Below, in pieces: positions 53,470 to 64,000 of a stretch of DNA of 64,000 nt. The notes under the pieces are model-generated. The model searched no databases, was not told where the DNA came from, and saw nothing but the letters and a program-made list of their open reading frames with translations. The stretch comes from Octopus sinensis (Eukaryota): positions 7,006,001 through 7,070,000 of the forward strand of contig NC_042997.1 in NCBI RefSeq assembly GCF_006345805.1. Direction: 5' to 3'. The position numbers were made by a program, and so were the translations under genes. Positions within the stretch are counted from its first letter, which is position 1. Each line of letters starts with the position of its first letter.

Positions 53470-54060
53470 CTTTTTAATCGGACGATGATGGTACTCTGGC
53501 GGAGGGTTTTGTTCAGGCAACTTGACTACTGCTCCCAACTATGGTCACCTCACAGTGTAAAATTTACAGCGGTTGTTGAAAGACTCTAGCCGATCTACAT
53601 AAAGATTAACGTCTCATTGCAACAGGTCAGCTACGTGGAAGGGCTGAAACAGCTAAGACTCTACCTCCTGGAGCAGAGGTTGGAGAGATATTCAGTACTA
53701 TACGTTTGGAATGTTCAGGAAGGGATTTACCAAATTTTGGCATTAGAAGCTACACAAATACCAGATCATGTCACCACTGGCCAGTGCCAAAGATCCCAAA
53801 ACAGCCGACGCGTTTCATAACCAGTGACTGCAAACGCATGTGTTTCAAGGGACCACGGCTTTTGAATATTATCTCAAACAACCTGAAAGCACTACAGAAA
53901 GTGAATGTGGGTGTTTTCAAACAAAAATTGGATAATTTCTTGTCGAGAGTCCCAAAAGAATCTTCTTACGGATAGAAGGTGTAAATGAGGACAGAGACAT
54001 CAAACTCTCTAGGCTCTCAGTAATAACAGTGAAGCAAATCCATGGTGCCCCAGGATACTC
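53470..54060 (+). mobile_element. Diverged CR1-group LINE 3' fragment
   Basis: LDYCSQLWSPH, LKQLRLYLLEQRLERY and FKGPRLLNII..FKQKLDNFLSRVP motifs parallel the CR1 copies at 26576 and 57068. Confidence 0.75.
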
Positions 54061-54068
54061 GAAGCATT

Positions 54069-54113
<45 letters not shown>

Positions 54114-54191
54114 TATATAATTATATATATATATATTATATATTATATATATATATATATAATATATATATATATATATAAATATAAATAT

Positions 54192-54241
<50 letters not shown>

Positions 54242-54245
<4 letters not shown>

Positions 54246-55990
54246 AACGATAGATCACAACGAAAAAGAATTACCATTTTTAGACATCCTCATTAAGAAA
54301 ACCGGCAACAAAATAGAGACAGATATCTACTATAAACCGACAGACTCCAAACAGTACCTACCCTTTGATTCATGCCACCAACGACACACTAGAATGAATG
54401 TCTCTTTTTGTTTAGCTAGAAGGATTTGCACCATAATATCAGACACAAACACCCGACACACACATCTCCAGGAACTTAGAACCACACTCACAAATAGAAA
54501 CTATCCACAGCCCCTAATAGACAGTGCAATACAACGGGTACTTAAATTAAATATAGAAGACCAGAGACAAACAAAACCAAAAAAGAAAGAACAATTAAAA
54601 ACCCTTCCCTACATCTCTACACACAACCCACTCAACAATGAGGCCTTCAACACCATACTACAAAGCACAGCCCTACTAAAGGGAGGCCCAAAGATGAACC
54701 GGATCCTCGAAACACACACCATCATTAAAAGTAAACGGCAACCAAAATCCTTGAAAAGGATTTTAACCCAAGCTACACTGCACTCAACATCAACCACAAA
54801 ACCAGCAGTTAGAAACTGTGGAATCTGTGTTATCTTGAAAGAAGGATCAGAATTTATACTGGAACAAGGCCACCAGTTTACCATTAGAACAAACTTCACC
54901 TGCGCATCAGAAAACTTAATTTACGTCATAACATGCGCAGGCTGCAATAGGCAGTATATAGGCCATACAAAAAATATCTTACGTAACAGGATGGCGGTGC
55001 ATAAATCACAAATTAGAAACCCTGATTACCGGAAAATACCGGTCAGCGGACACATAGAAATGTAAATCCGAAATTTACAACTAACCCGCTCTATAAATTC
55101 AGTGACAACGCAACCTTCACGCAACGCCAAAATAAAGAACTGTATTTCATAAAAAAATTTAGACCAAGTTTAAACACCCTGGGCCAGGAATATTAAAACA
55201 AAAGATAGGCCCTCCGAAAAGGAGAAGCAAAATTCCACCACGGCCGCTACCTTAAACACTCACTCGCACTGACGGAAATATGCCTTAGGAAAAAAGGGAA
55301 AAAAATTTATAAAAATATCTCTTCGTACAAATCTAACCCTGATGGACTAACCACATACGATACAGCTAAGGGTCAGACCCGATTCTGATTGGTCAACACG
55401 TTGATGACGTCTAGTTCTGCTAGACTGGACAGGATACAGACAAGGGGCAGATCTAATACAACTATAAGTCGTGATTGGTCAGAATTTTGATGACGTCCCG
55501 TTCTGCTTGACTAAGCCATCTAACGAAGCGATTGGTCAAAATGTTGATGACGTCACGTTACGCTGGACTGACCACCTAACAGGTGTTATAAAACCCGAAC
55601 AGTGAACACCCACCATAAGTCATCACAGTTGCTCAAGGTAAAAATGAATTCCTCGCTCTTTCAGGAACATCAATTTTTTATATTGACTGCATTCCACCAC
55701 TTTGATCTATTTTTTATATTGAATGTATATCACCACCACGAACCACTGCATCATACACTTTAAACATATAGCATGAACGAACTCACTTCAAACTATATAT
55801 GAACTTTATGATGTCTGACTCCATTGTGTATTATAAATGAATTTCTTATATTTGATAGCATGAACTATCTTTTTTTATATATAACTTTTTTTTGATAAGA
55901 TTCATTTCAGGAACTGAAACATGTTATAATGTATATATAAAAATTAAAAATTGTATAATATAGCAGCATTTTCGAACTTCATTTTTTACA
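54242..55990 (+). mobile_element. 5'-truncated Neptune-like Penelope element (RT thumb, GIY-YIG, 3' pseudo-LTR)
   Basis: LPFLDILI..TDIYYKPTDSKQYL..SCH..LARRI, then CGICVIL..FTCASENLIYVITCAGCNRQYIGHT..LRNRM..HK, ending ELYFIKKFRPSLN near 55195. Both ends abut (TA)n. Confidence 0.9.
55386..55593 (+). promoter_or_regulatory. Putative Pol II promoter in the PLE pseudo-LTR: three [ATTGG + TGACGTC] modules plus TATAAAA
   Basis: ATTGG at 55388, 55474 and 55531, each followed exactly 17 bp later by TGACGTC (55405, 55491, 55548; the last is a perfect TGACGTCA); TATAAAA at 55587-55593. Confidence 0.65.
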
Positions 55991-55999
55991 AATATATAT

Positions 56000-56200
<201 letters not shown>

Positions 56201-56929
56201 TCGCTGCTCTTATGGAATTTTGCCCTCTATCAATTCAGGGACGATACAACCTGTAGCCAACGAATAAGTAAATAGTCCCTCTTCATAACAAAATACAGAC
56301 CCTTTTCAACGCATCTACAACAAAAAATATGTGTACCATGATCTTGGAATAACCGACACGCAAATATTGAAAATTATACATTCAAATGAAGTACCCAAGC
56401 ATTCATTAAAAACAGTCTCAATCACTGCTATAAACCACAAGGAGTCACTTTTATGTCAGTTGATTATTTAACATCCTACTACTATCATACCATCACACAA
56501 TCTGTTATTATTCTTTCTCTTCTCCTTCTGATTTTCGTTTTCTTCTTTCTCTCAGCCACCTCCTTCCTTACTTTATTATGACTGCTGTTTAGAAAAAAAC
56601 ACCTACGCAAATGTTATAAACAATTCATTCAAAAGAGATATCTCAAGTATTCAATCACTCCTACCATCCCCAACAAATCACTTACAGGGCACTTGACCAT
56701 TTAACATTCTATTACTATCGTAGGACTCCCGCATTCTTCTTCTTCTTTTTCTTCTTCTTCTTCTTCTTCTTCTTCTTCTTTTTCTTCTTCTTCTTCTCCC
56801 TTTTGTTCTTTGTCAAGAATTCAAAACGACCTCTAACCCACGAGAATAAACGAGAGAGACAGAGGCAGGCAGAAACAAGGAAAATGCCCCTTGTATTTGA
56901 ATAATATGCAAATATTCTTTTAAGATTAC

Positions 56930-57060
56930 TTTCCATTTAATTTTTCCAAAATTTAATGTTTTCCAAAGTTACAGTTCAAAAAGTCTCAATGACCGAAACC
57001 GGCACTGAAATGTTCCTTATAAAATTTTTTTAGCATTTTCTTCTTTGATTTTTTCCATAT
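56930..57060 (+). mobile_element. PLE pseudo-LTR fragment (same family as 23350-23500) with a decayed U3-A8 hammerhead at 56972-57007
   Basis: GTTACAGTTCAAAAAGTCTCAATGACCGAAACCGGCACTGAAATG aligns with the reverse complement of 23416-23462. Confidence 0.75.
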
Positions 57061-57067
57061 ATATATA

Positions 57068-57643
57068 TAAAAAAACAACTTAGATAAAAACTTAGATATG
57101 TTTCGACCAGAGATTGGTCCAGGCCATGTCTACTTAATAGCACCACCTGATAGGATTATTCGAATCCTGTTTAAGTCAAGTTTTGTTCAAGTAGTGAGTT
57201 CTTGTTGCGTGAGTTGTATCCAGTTTTGTTCAAGTAGTGAGTTCTTGTTGGGTGAGTTGTATCCAATTATGGGTGGCTTGTCTGGTATTCTTTGAAGGAA
57301 TCTATCCAGACTCTGTTTGAAGTTGATGGGATCCTTTTCCTTTTTGATCTCCCTCGGGACAATGTTAAATAGGGCAGGGCCTGTTGAGGAAAAGAAATTA
57401 TGTTGCAGTGTATATGTATGTTGTGATCTTGAATTTGGCAGGGGACCTATAGTCCGTGGTCCAAGTCTCGGATGAACCTTGAAGCTAATGTTTAGGTCGT
57501 TTGGGCAAAGTTGGCGGTATATTTTCCACATCGTACAAATGATGTACCGCTCACGGCGACGCTGGAGGGAGTAAAGTTTCAAGGCTTTAAGGCGATCCAA
57601 TAGTCGAGAGCAGCCATGCCTTCAATTGTTTAGTGAGAGCCCT

Positions 57644-57645
<2 letters not shown>
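57068..57645 (-). mobile_element. 5'-truncated CR1 LINE 3' end, same family as 26576-29245
   Basis: ORF LKLYSLQRRRERYIICTMWKIY... is nearly collinear with 26715-27038; shared 3' UTR; flanked by (TA)n. Confidence 0.92.
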
Positions 57646-57705
<60 letters not shown>

Positions 57706-57934
57706 TATCAACCTGTGTGTTTCTTTTCAACGTACATGAGAGCCATGAATGTCACTGCTAACACGGAAACCGCTACAAACTGCTGGAGCTTTCAATCATC
57801 GGTGAATAAACTTGCGTAAGGACTAGGTGTGCGTGTTTATCAGCGTTGCTAGAAACCCAGCTGGACTAAAAATAAGGACCTGTCAAAGGGAGAGATTAAA
57901 CTAATGACGGTTGAACGACTATATAGAATAGCAG

Positions 57935-58095
57935 TGGTCAGTCGAATACCATGCTGGTGTGTCAGCTTGTAGAATTTTAGCCATGTGAATAGTGACTCGA
58001 CTCCAGTGTTCTTCTTCTTTCAGACTAGTACTTATTCTATATCATTCTTTGCATAACTACTATGTTACGGGAATATGAACACACTAACACCTGTT
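57935..58095 (-). mobile_element. Decayed Octopus-type SINE
   Basis: CTAGTACTTATTCTAT..TTTGC..CTA.GTTACGGG matches the 9040-type family. Confidence 0.55.
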
Positions 58096-58214
58096 ATAAA
58101 TATCCAAGAAGTAAAAGTTCCTAATAGAAAAGATACAAATGAAATTAGAATATATGATGTGGCTTCCCATTATAGCAACTCGAACAAAGTTGATTGTATT
58201 GATAATAGTGACGT

Positions 58215-58216
58215 TA

Positions 58217-58308
<92 letters not shown>

Positions 58309-58309
58309 T

Positions 58310-58345
<36 letters not shown>

Positions 58346-58478
58346 GTAATAAGAAGAAGAAGAAGAAAAAGAAGAAGAAGAAGAACAACAACAACAACAG
58401 CAGCAGTAGCAGCAACAATAACAACAACAACAACAGCAACAACAACAACAACAACAATAATAATAATAATAATAATAG
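58215..58478. repeat. (AAT)/(GAT)/(AAG)/(AAC) trinucleotide array
   Basis: Directly visible; explains the poly-N/I/L ORFs. Confidence 0.96.
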
Positions 58479-59004
58479 AAATACGTACATCAACAATTTA
58501 TTCATTAAACGGAATAAGAAATATTGTAGGCGTACTAATATTATTTCAGTAAATGATATTCGTAATAATGTTAAAACTGTTTTGAAGATTAATTATGAGA
58601 ATGATTGTACTGTTATGCTTGCCGACAGGAATGTCTCTTATACAAATAATAACCATAGACGTAGCGGAGATGAAATAATTACCAACATGATAAGTAAAAA
58701 CATCAAATATAGATAATCTTCCTGGTACTATTGAAGCATGGTGAATTGGACATAACAGATCCGAAAGTCGGCGAAATTTATGAATTGATGACGTAACACG
58801 ATGTAAGACATCTAGGAAAACCAATAGTATGTTACGACGAGAAGTTTTAAACAGTTATTTCCTTCCACAGAAGAAAATTTGTCTCCATGCAGTAATTAAT
58901 AACGTTTTCAATAAAGAGATAAGAATTTACTTTGAAGATTATTTAATCTACAAAATATTATGGCGAATATTATAGACGAAATAGCCAATCACAATGCAAA
59001 TGGA

Positions 59005-59029
59005 GGCAATAGTAATAATAATAATAATA

Positions 59030-59092
<63 letters not shown>

Positions 59093-59235
59093 TACTAATA
59101 ATAATAATAATAAAAATGATGATGATGATGATGATGATGATAATAATAATAATAATGATGATGATGATGATGATGATTATAATAATAATAATAATAACAA
59201 TAATAAAAAATAATAATAATAAAATAATAATAATG

Positions 59236-59275
<40 letters not shown>

Positions 59276-59290
59276 GAAGAAGAAGAAGAA

Positions 59291-59321
<31 letters not shown>

Positions 59322-59367
59322 AAGAAGAAGAAGAGAAGAAGAAGAAGAAGAAGAAGAAGAAGAAGAG
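59005..59367. repeat. (AAT)/(ATG)/(AAG) trinucleotide array
   Basis: Directly visible. Confidence 0.96.
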
Positions 59368-61180
59368 CATCGAAAAATACCTTAGGAATGAGAACCCAGG
59401 TTCATAATTTCTCCAAGACACCTGATGAAGGCAAGAGTGTATATCAGCCGAGATGTTGACAAATATCATTCAAATTTAGATAATGCAAATAGCGTATATT
59501 AGGGTATATCCGACCACATATTTATGAAGAACGGCAAAAAAGTTGATTCTTTAATGTCACGGAAACAGACCTTATGCGATCAAGCTAGAGCAAAAAGAAA
59601 AAAAAATCGTTTGTTCATAGAAGTAGAGCTTCGAAGCTATCAAGAGATGGGCTTTGGAAGATAGAAGAGGAAACGATGAAAATACACTTCTTAGAGATAA
59701 AAGTAATCTCAGAGTGTTATAAACAGAGTAGAGATCTCGTATAAACCACAGGAAAAGTACAGTAATAGCTTGCTCGATGTCAGATATATAGATGGTTTGG
59801 AAGAAAACAATAACACTAATGGTGACATGCCAGATAGGTAAAGGGCAATAAACGATAAAATAAAGGGAAAGTTACAGTAGAAAGGTAGTGAGATTATTTG
59901 CAACCTTCAAAATGTTCATCGGTGAATACTGAAGTACGAAACGAAAATGCGAATGAAATACTGAACTACATGAAAACAGAAGGCATCACAGAAACAAATA
60001 ATTTCATCCAAGCAGCAAGTGATGTTGCAACAGATCTAGTTGTCGATGTCAAGATAGAAAAATATAATGGGAGTGACAAAAGTAGAACTCCATGATGGAA
60101 AAGAGGAATACAGGTAGAGTTACATACTGAAAAAAGTATGTTGTATTATTATTAAACAGAGTCAAAATTAAATGTATGAACGTGATAGCCATAGCATCGG
60201 GGGAGATTATGAAGCAAATAAAAGAGACGGGATATAATTACTTGTGGATATTGGAAAGGGATACATTGATGGAGAAAGAAATGACAGAAAAATTTGAAGA
60301 GGAGTAATTGTGCAGATTCCGATTAATCTTCAAGTCGAAATTAAACGGACGGAATGAGTTTGAAGCTGTCAATATCTACTTCGATAGGCTGCAGAGATAA
60401 TCGCTTGGGTAGTTGACGAGGTAAACAGCTTAGAGAGAAAGACAAGGAAGTTGCTGACTAGATATTGGATACTCAACCCTAAAAGTGATATAGATAGACT
60501 GTATGTACCAAGAAAATGAAGGGGAAAAGGATCGATCAGATCCGAACACAGCATTAGAGCAGAAGAAACAGCATAGCATGGTATGTAAAAAATACCAGAG
60601 AACCACTATTATTGGAAGTAAGAAGGGTAGACATGTGGATGATGGACGATTGCAAAGATAATGCAACGTGCAAGAACTTGAAAATGTATGAAACAGAAAA
60701 TAGGTTGACAAGAGTGTTGAAAATAAGACAGAGAAAAAGATGGCTATGGATGAATAAAATTTATTTAAAACCAGAAACGGATGCTCTAAAGAACAAGCAT
60801 TATGTGCGAATTACATGAAATAGAGAATAGACAACACATCAGAAAGTGTTAATTGCAAAATATTTTGACAGAATGGTGAAACCGTACGCCATATTACCAG
60901 TAAATGTACGCCACTACTCCAAGAAGAATATTAGAGACGCCATGACAATATAGCCAAGCCTTTACCATTGGATACTTTGAAACAAGTATTGAATAGACAA
61001 AGCAAAAATTTCGTACGCGAGGCGCATAAACCTGTAAGCATCATCGAAAATTATACTGAAAATTTCCTATGGGATTTTATGATTCAGTGCGACCATGAGA
61101 TAGATTACAGGATACCAGTTATAGTATTAATTGAGAAAGAAATCAAACGATGCCGGATAATAGATATAGATTTGGTCGGA
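59368..61180 (+). mobile_element. Internally deleted, decayed R4/Dong-clade (RLE) non-LTR retrotransposon
   Basis: N-terminal LCDQARAKRKKN..EL motif; late-RT PKSDIDRLYVPRK; CCHC-knuckle remnant ETVRHITSKC..EEY*RRHDNIAK; RLE-like FLWDFMIQCDHEI..P.IVLIEK..IIDI. Confidence 0.8.
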
Positions 61181-61577
61181 CTGAGTAGAAGGCATTCTAT
61201 AAAGTATAGAGTTGAACCTGTTGTAGCCACCTGTTGGCAACTTTTCTACCCACCTATTTCGTAAGGAGTATTGCCCATTTTTCTGGACACTTTTCACTAG
61301 TATACCTCATTCGAAATGTGCAGTAGATTTGTATAATAAAAAAAGGAAGGCTTGTTTGTGGTTTATAGAGAAAGCGTTAAACGTGTCTGAAAAATAACAT
61401 GGTCTTTTACCTAATTAAAAGACATGAAGAACGATGAAACAAGGCGAATAAGCACGGTGGTGGGGAAGAGAAGAAGGAACTATCACTCGATCCTTCGAGA
61501 ACTCCCAAAATGAATACCTAACCACCTGAAAGATTTTCCCTATATATATAACTGAAAGACTTTCGCTCTTCTCCATT

Positions 61578-61980
61578 GTTAAGAGTTAAGAAGCTAGAAA
61601 ATATCGATCGTATTTCAGTATAATTGCCATTTCCTTTCTCTGTCTCTATCGCTTCACTTCCTTTCTCTACAGTTAAGTGAATGAAGGTAAATGGGTCAGT
61701 TGATACAGGTATTCAGCCAACGATCGTAAGGTCATGACAATGATTCCCTGCGGCCCACTGTGTTCTTGAGCAAGAACTCTACTGACAAAAATGAGTTGTA
61801 GCTGTAATTAAAAGTGGCCACCCTTGTCACATTTTGTTTGAAGCTGAATCTCCCTGAAAACTACATGAATTGTAATGCATGTCTGTGGAATACTAAGCCA
61901 CTTGAGCATTAATTTTACGAGTAGAGTCTTCCGTTGATCAGATAAAGAGTGACCTCATCGTCATAACCGATGGGTGCCAC
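61578..61980 (+). mobile_element. Composite repeat: 5' extension plus tRNA-derived SINE
   Basis: Inverted homolog of 52455-52818; decayed A/B-box-like head around 61692-61750. Confidence 0.8.
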
Positions 61981-63370
61981 ATTTAAAAAAGAAGAAATGA
62001 AAAGTAAATGTTTTATATCTTAAGGCAAATATGTCATGTGTTTAGTATAAGCAGTGAAAGCAAAGACGAGATTATTGCTATTCCGTTGTGTAGTGACTTC
62101 GCCATCAACTCACGCTCAGTTTGACAACAACAGCCGGCGCATTGGTGTTTCTTTGAGTGTTTCTTCTCACTCTCTTTCTCTCTCTCTCTTTCTCTTTCTG
62201 TCCCAATTCTTCTCTGTCTCTCTTGCCATGCGCTTTTAATTTAACACTGTATGTATGTATCTATGCATGCATCGAATTTTCTTTCGATGTATGCATCAGT
62301 CTACTCTCAAAATACTGATAACCATTTAAAAATAAAATAAAGGAACAGCGCCTTCATTTCACTCCTCACTCACTGTCTCTCTCACTTTCTCTTTCTGTCT
62401 CACTTTCTCTCTATATTTCCTCTCTCCCGGTTTGCCACTCACTTCAGCTATAACTCCTCTGCTTACAGCTTTTATTTCTCTTTTTCTTTCTACCTCTCGC
62501 CTCAAATTTTTAGCTCTTCCTTTGAAGCAAGTGTGATACACATCTACATGTACGTATCTCAAACAACGGAAGTTAGCATATTAATATTATTAATAATAAT
62601 GATAGTATGAATAATAATAACAACAAAATCAATAACATATAAAACTGAAGTTGGCTGTAGAACGATTATAAAATATCTTATGACGTGATCTTCAATTCCT
62701 GGATTTTAGAAATTCTTGAATTAGTACAGGTGTTGGAGATCGTTTAAAAATTTTAAAGGCTGCAGGAAATAATGAGACCTGGAATATCTGAATTTTGGAA
62801 TTGCATATCAGTCATTTCCGAGAACAAATCTGATGCGGTCAAAATTTTTATGTTTTTAAGTACTATCCCTCTGTATGAAATATAAAGTCCGCTGAATACC
62901 ATTCAATGGATAGCATAAATACGTATTTATGCATTTGGCAACAGATGTACGTTATACAAATTAATAATGAAGTTAGATATATGTTCTATACAACATTTAA
63001 AGCAAAAATTTAAGAACTAAAATGTAAAGAAATAATCCTGATATAATTATCAGTAATGCAATGTATAGAACATCATTGTTAATCTTATAAATAAATCTAT
63101 GAATGGTAACAAGGTTGGAAAGAATAATATACTTGCTCTAAAGTTGTATTTTAAATATAATAAAACGTAATGTCTCCTGTCTGTCACAACGAAAACAACA
63201 ACAAAAAAAACAGTGTGAGAGTGGCTGCCACAGGCGCTAAATACAAATGAACTGAGGTAGTGGATTCTGCTCTGGGATCCCGGTCACTTTAATCAAAATA
63301 TTTACAGTCGGTTTTATTAATATATCAGTTTAAAACACACATACACACACACTTACATTCACTCACGCAC

Positions 63371-63438
<68 letters not shown>

Positions 63439-63557
63439 TAAATTATTTTGTTTAAAAATATTAACGGACACATAGAAGATATATATGTGTGTGATACGTC
63501 AATGCGATGTTGAGCACTCATTCTCATTGTTAGACATTTATACATATGTATACATAC

Positions 63558-63604
<47 letters not shown>

Positions 63605-63831
63605 TGTGTGTGTCTGTGTGTGCGTGTGTGTGTGGGTGCGTGTGAGTGTGTGTGTGTGTGCAAGTATCTCTCTCTTTCTCTCTCTTTTCTCTTGGAGAAA
63701 ATTTTCTCATGAAGAAGAATTTTGTTGGACACGTAAAACGACCTTTCTTTCCTTCCCTCAGTATCTGCTAATAGTTTGCATGTACCACATCCCCGAGTTG
63801 TTTTTTTCCTGTGTTTGTTGCTGTTTTTTTT

Positions 63832-63985
63832 TAGTGGCTATGTGGTAAGTAGCTTGCTTATCAACCACACGGTTCCAGGTCCAGCCCCACTGCGTGGCAC
63901 ATTGGGCAAGTGTCTTCTGCTATAGCCGCGAGCCGACCAAGGCCTTGTGAGTGGATGTGGTAGATCGAAACTGAAAGGAGTCCGT
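63832..63985 (+). mobile_element. tRNA-derived SINE with a CORE-like TTGGGCAAGTGTCTT box
   Basis: GTGGCTATGTGGTAAGTAGCTTGCTT..GGTTC head; homologous in reverse complement to 43520-43648 plus 45607-45648. Confidence 0.85.
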
Positions 63986-64000
63986 CATATTTGAGGCCAA

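Noticed and set aside
55386-55572. CRISPR-like repeat-spacer array
   Set aside because: Only three diverged units with unequal spacing, inside a eukaryotic retroelement and with no cas genes; better read as promoter modules.
57091-57135. Hammerhead-like GACCA/TGGTC-GAAA-CATA-TC at the CR1 3' end (also near 26600)
   Set aside because: There is no CUGANGA or UUGANAA upstream; it is better explained as the LINE 3'-terminal stem-loop.
63832-63910. tRNA gene
   Set aside because: The tRNA-like head runs into a SINE body with no full cloverleaf; multiple diverged copies occur in the window.

Overview
AT-rich, microsatellite-dense eukaryotic DNA. The SINE, LINE and Penelope families point to a coleoid cephalopod, probably Octopus (inference from repeat recognition, not a database result). 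No host protein-coding exon could be supported, so the window looks intronic or intergenic, and most listed ORFs are translations of (TA)n, (CA)n or trinucleotide repeats. The recognisable content is mobile DNA. It includes a young, almost full-length Naiad-type Penelope-like element (PLE; 45761-50885, minus strand) with two pseudo-LTRs, Neptune- and Naiad-type PLE fragments, CR1-type LINEs and R4/Dong (restriction-like endonuclease) LINE remnants. There is also an ORF1-only L1/Tx1-derived element with a target-site duplication inside a SINE head, Tc3-, mariner- and maT-type transposase relics, a hAT MITE with an 8-bp TSD, a Helitron-like element and several SINEs. The most interesting layer is RNA structure. 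At least four structurally complete and about seven decayed type I hammerhead ribozymes were read by eye, including a lineage with a compensatory U3-A8 core instead of C3-G8 and a hammerhead-like motif at the apparent 5' end of an R4/Dong element. Other highlights are a triplicated fixed-spacing CCAAT+CRE promoter cassette with a TATA box, a repeat carrying a recursive-splice-site-like AG|GTAAGT, and many retroelements embedded in (TA)n tracts. All alignments and folds were done by eye.
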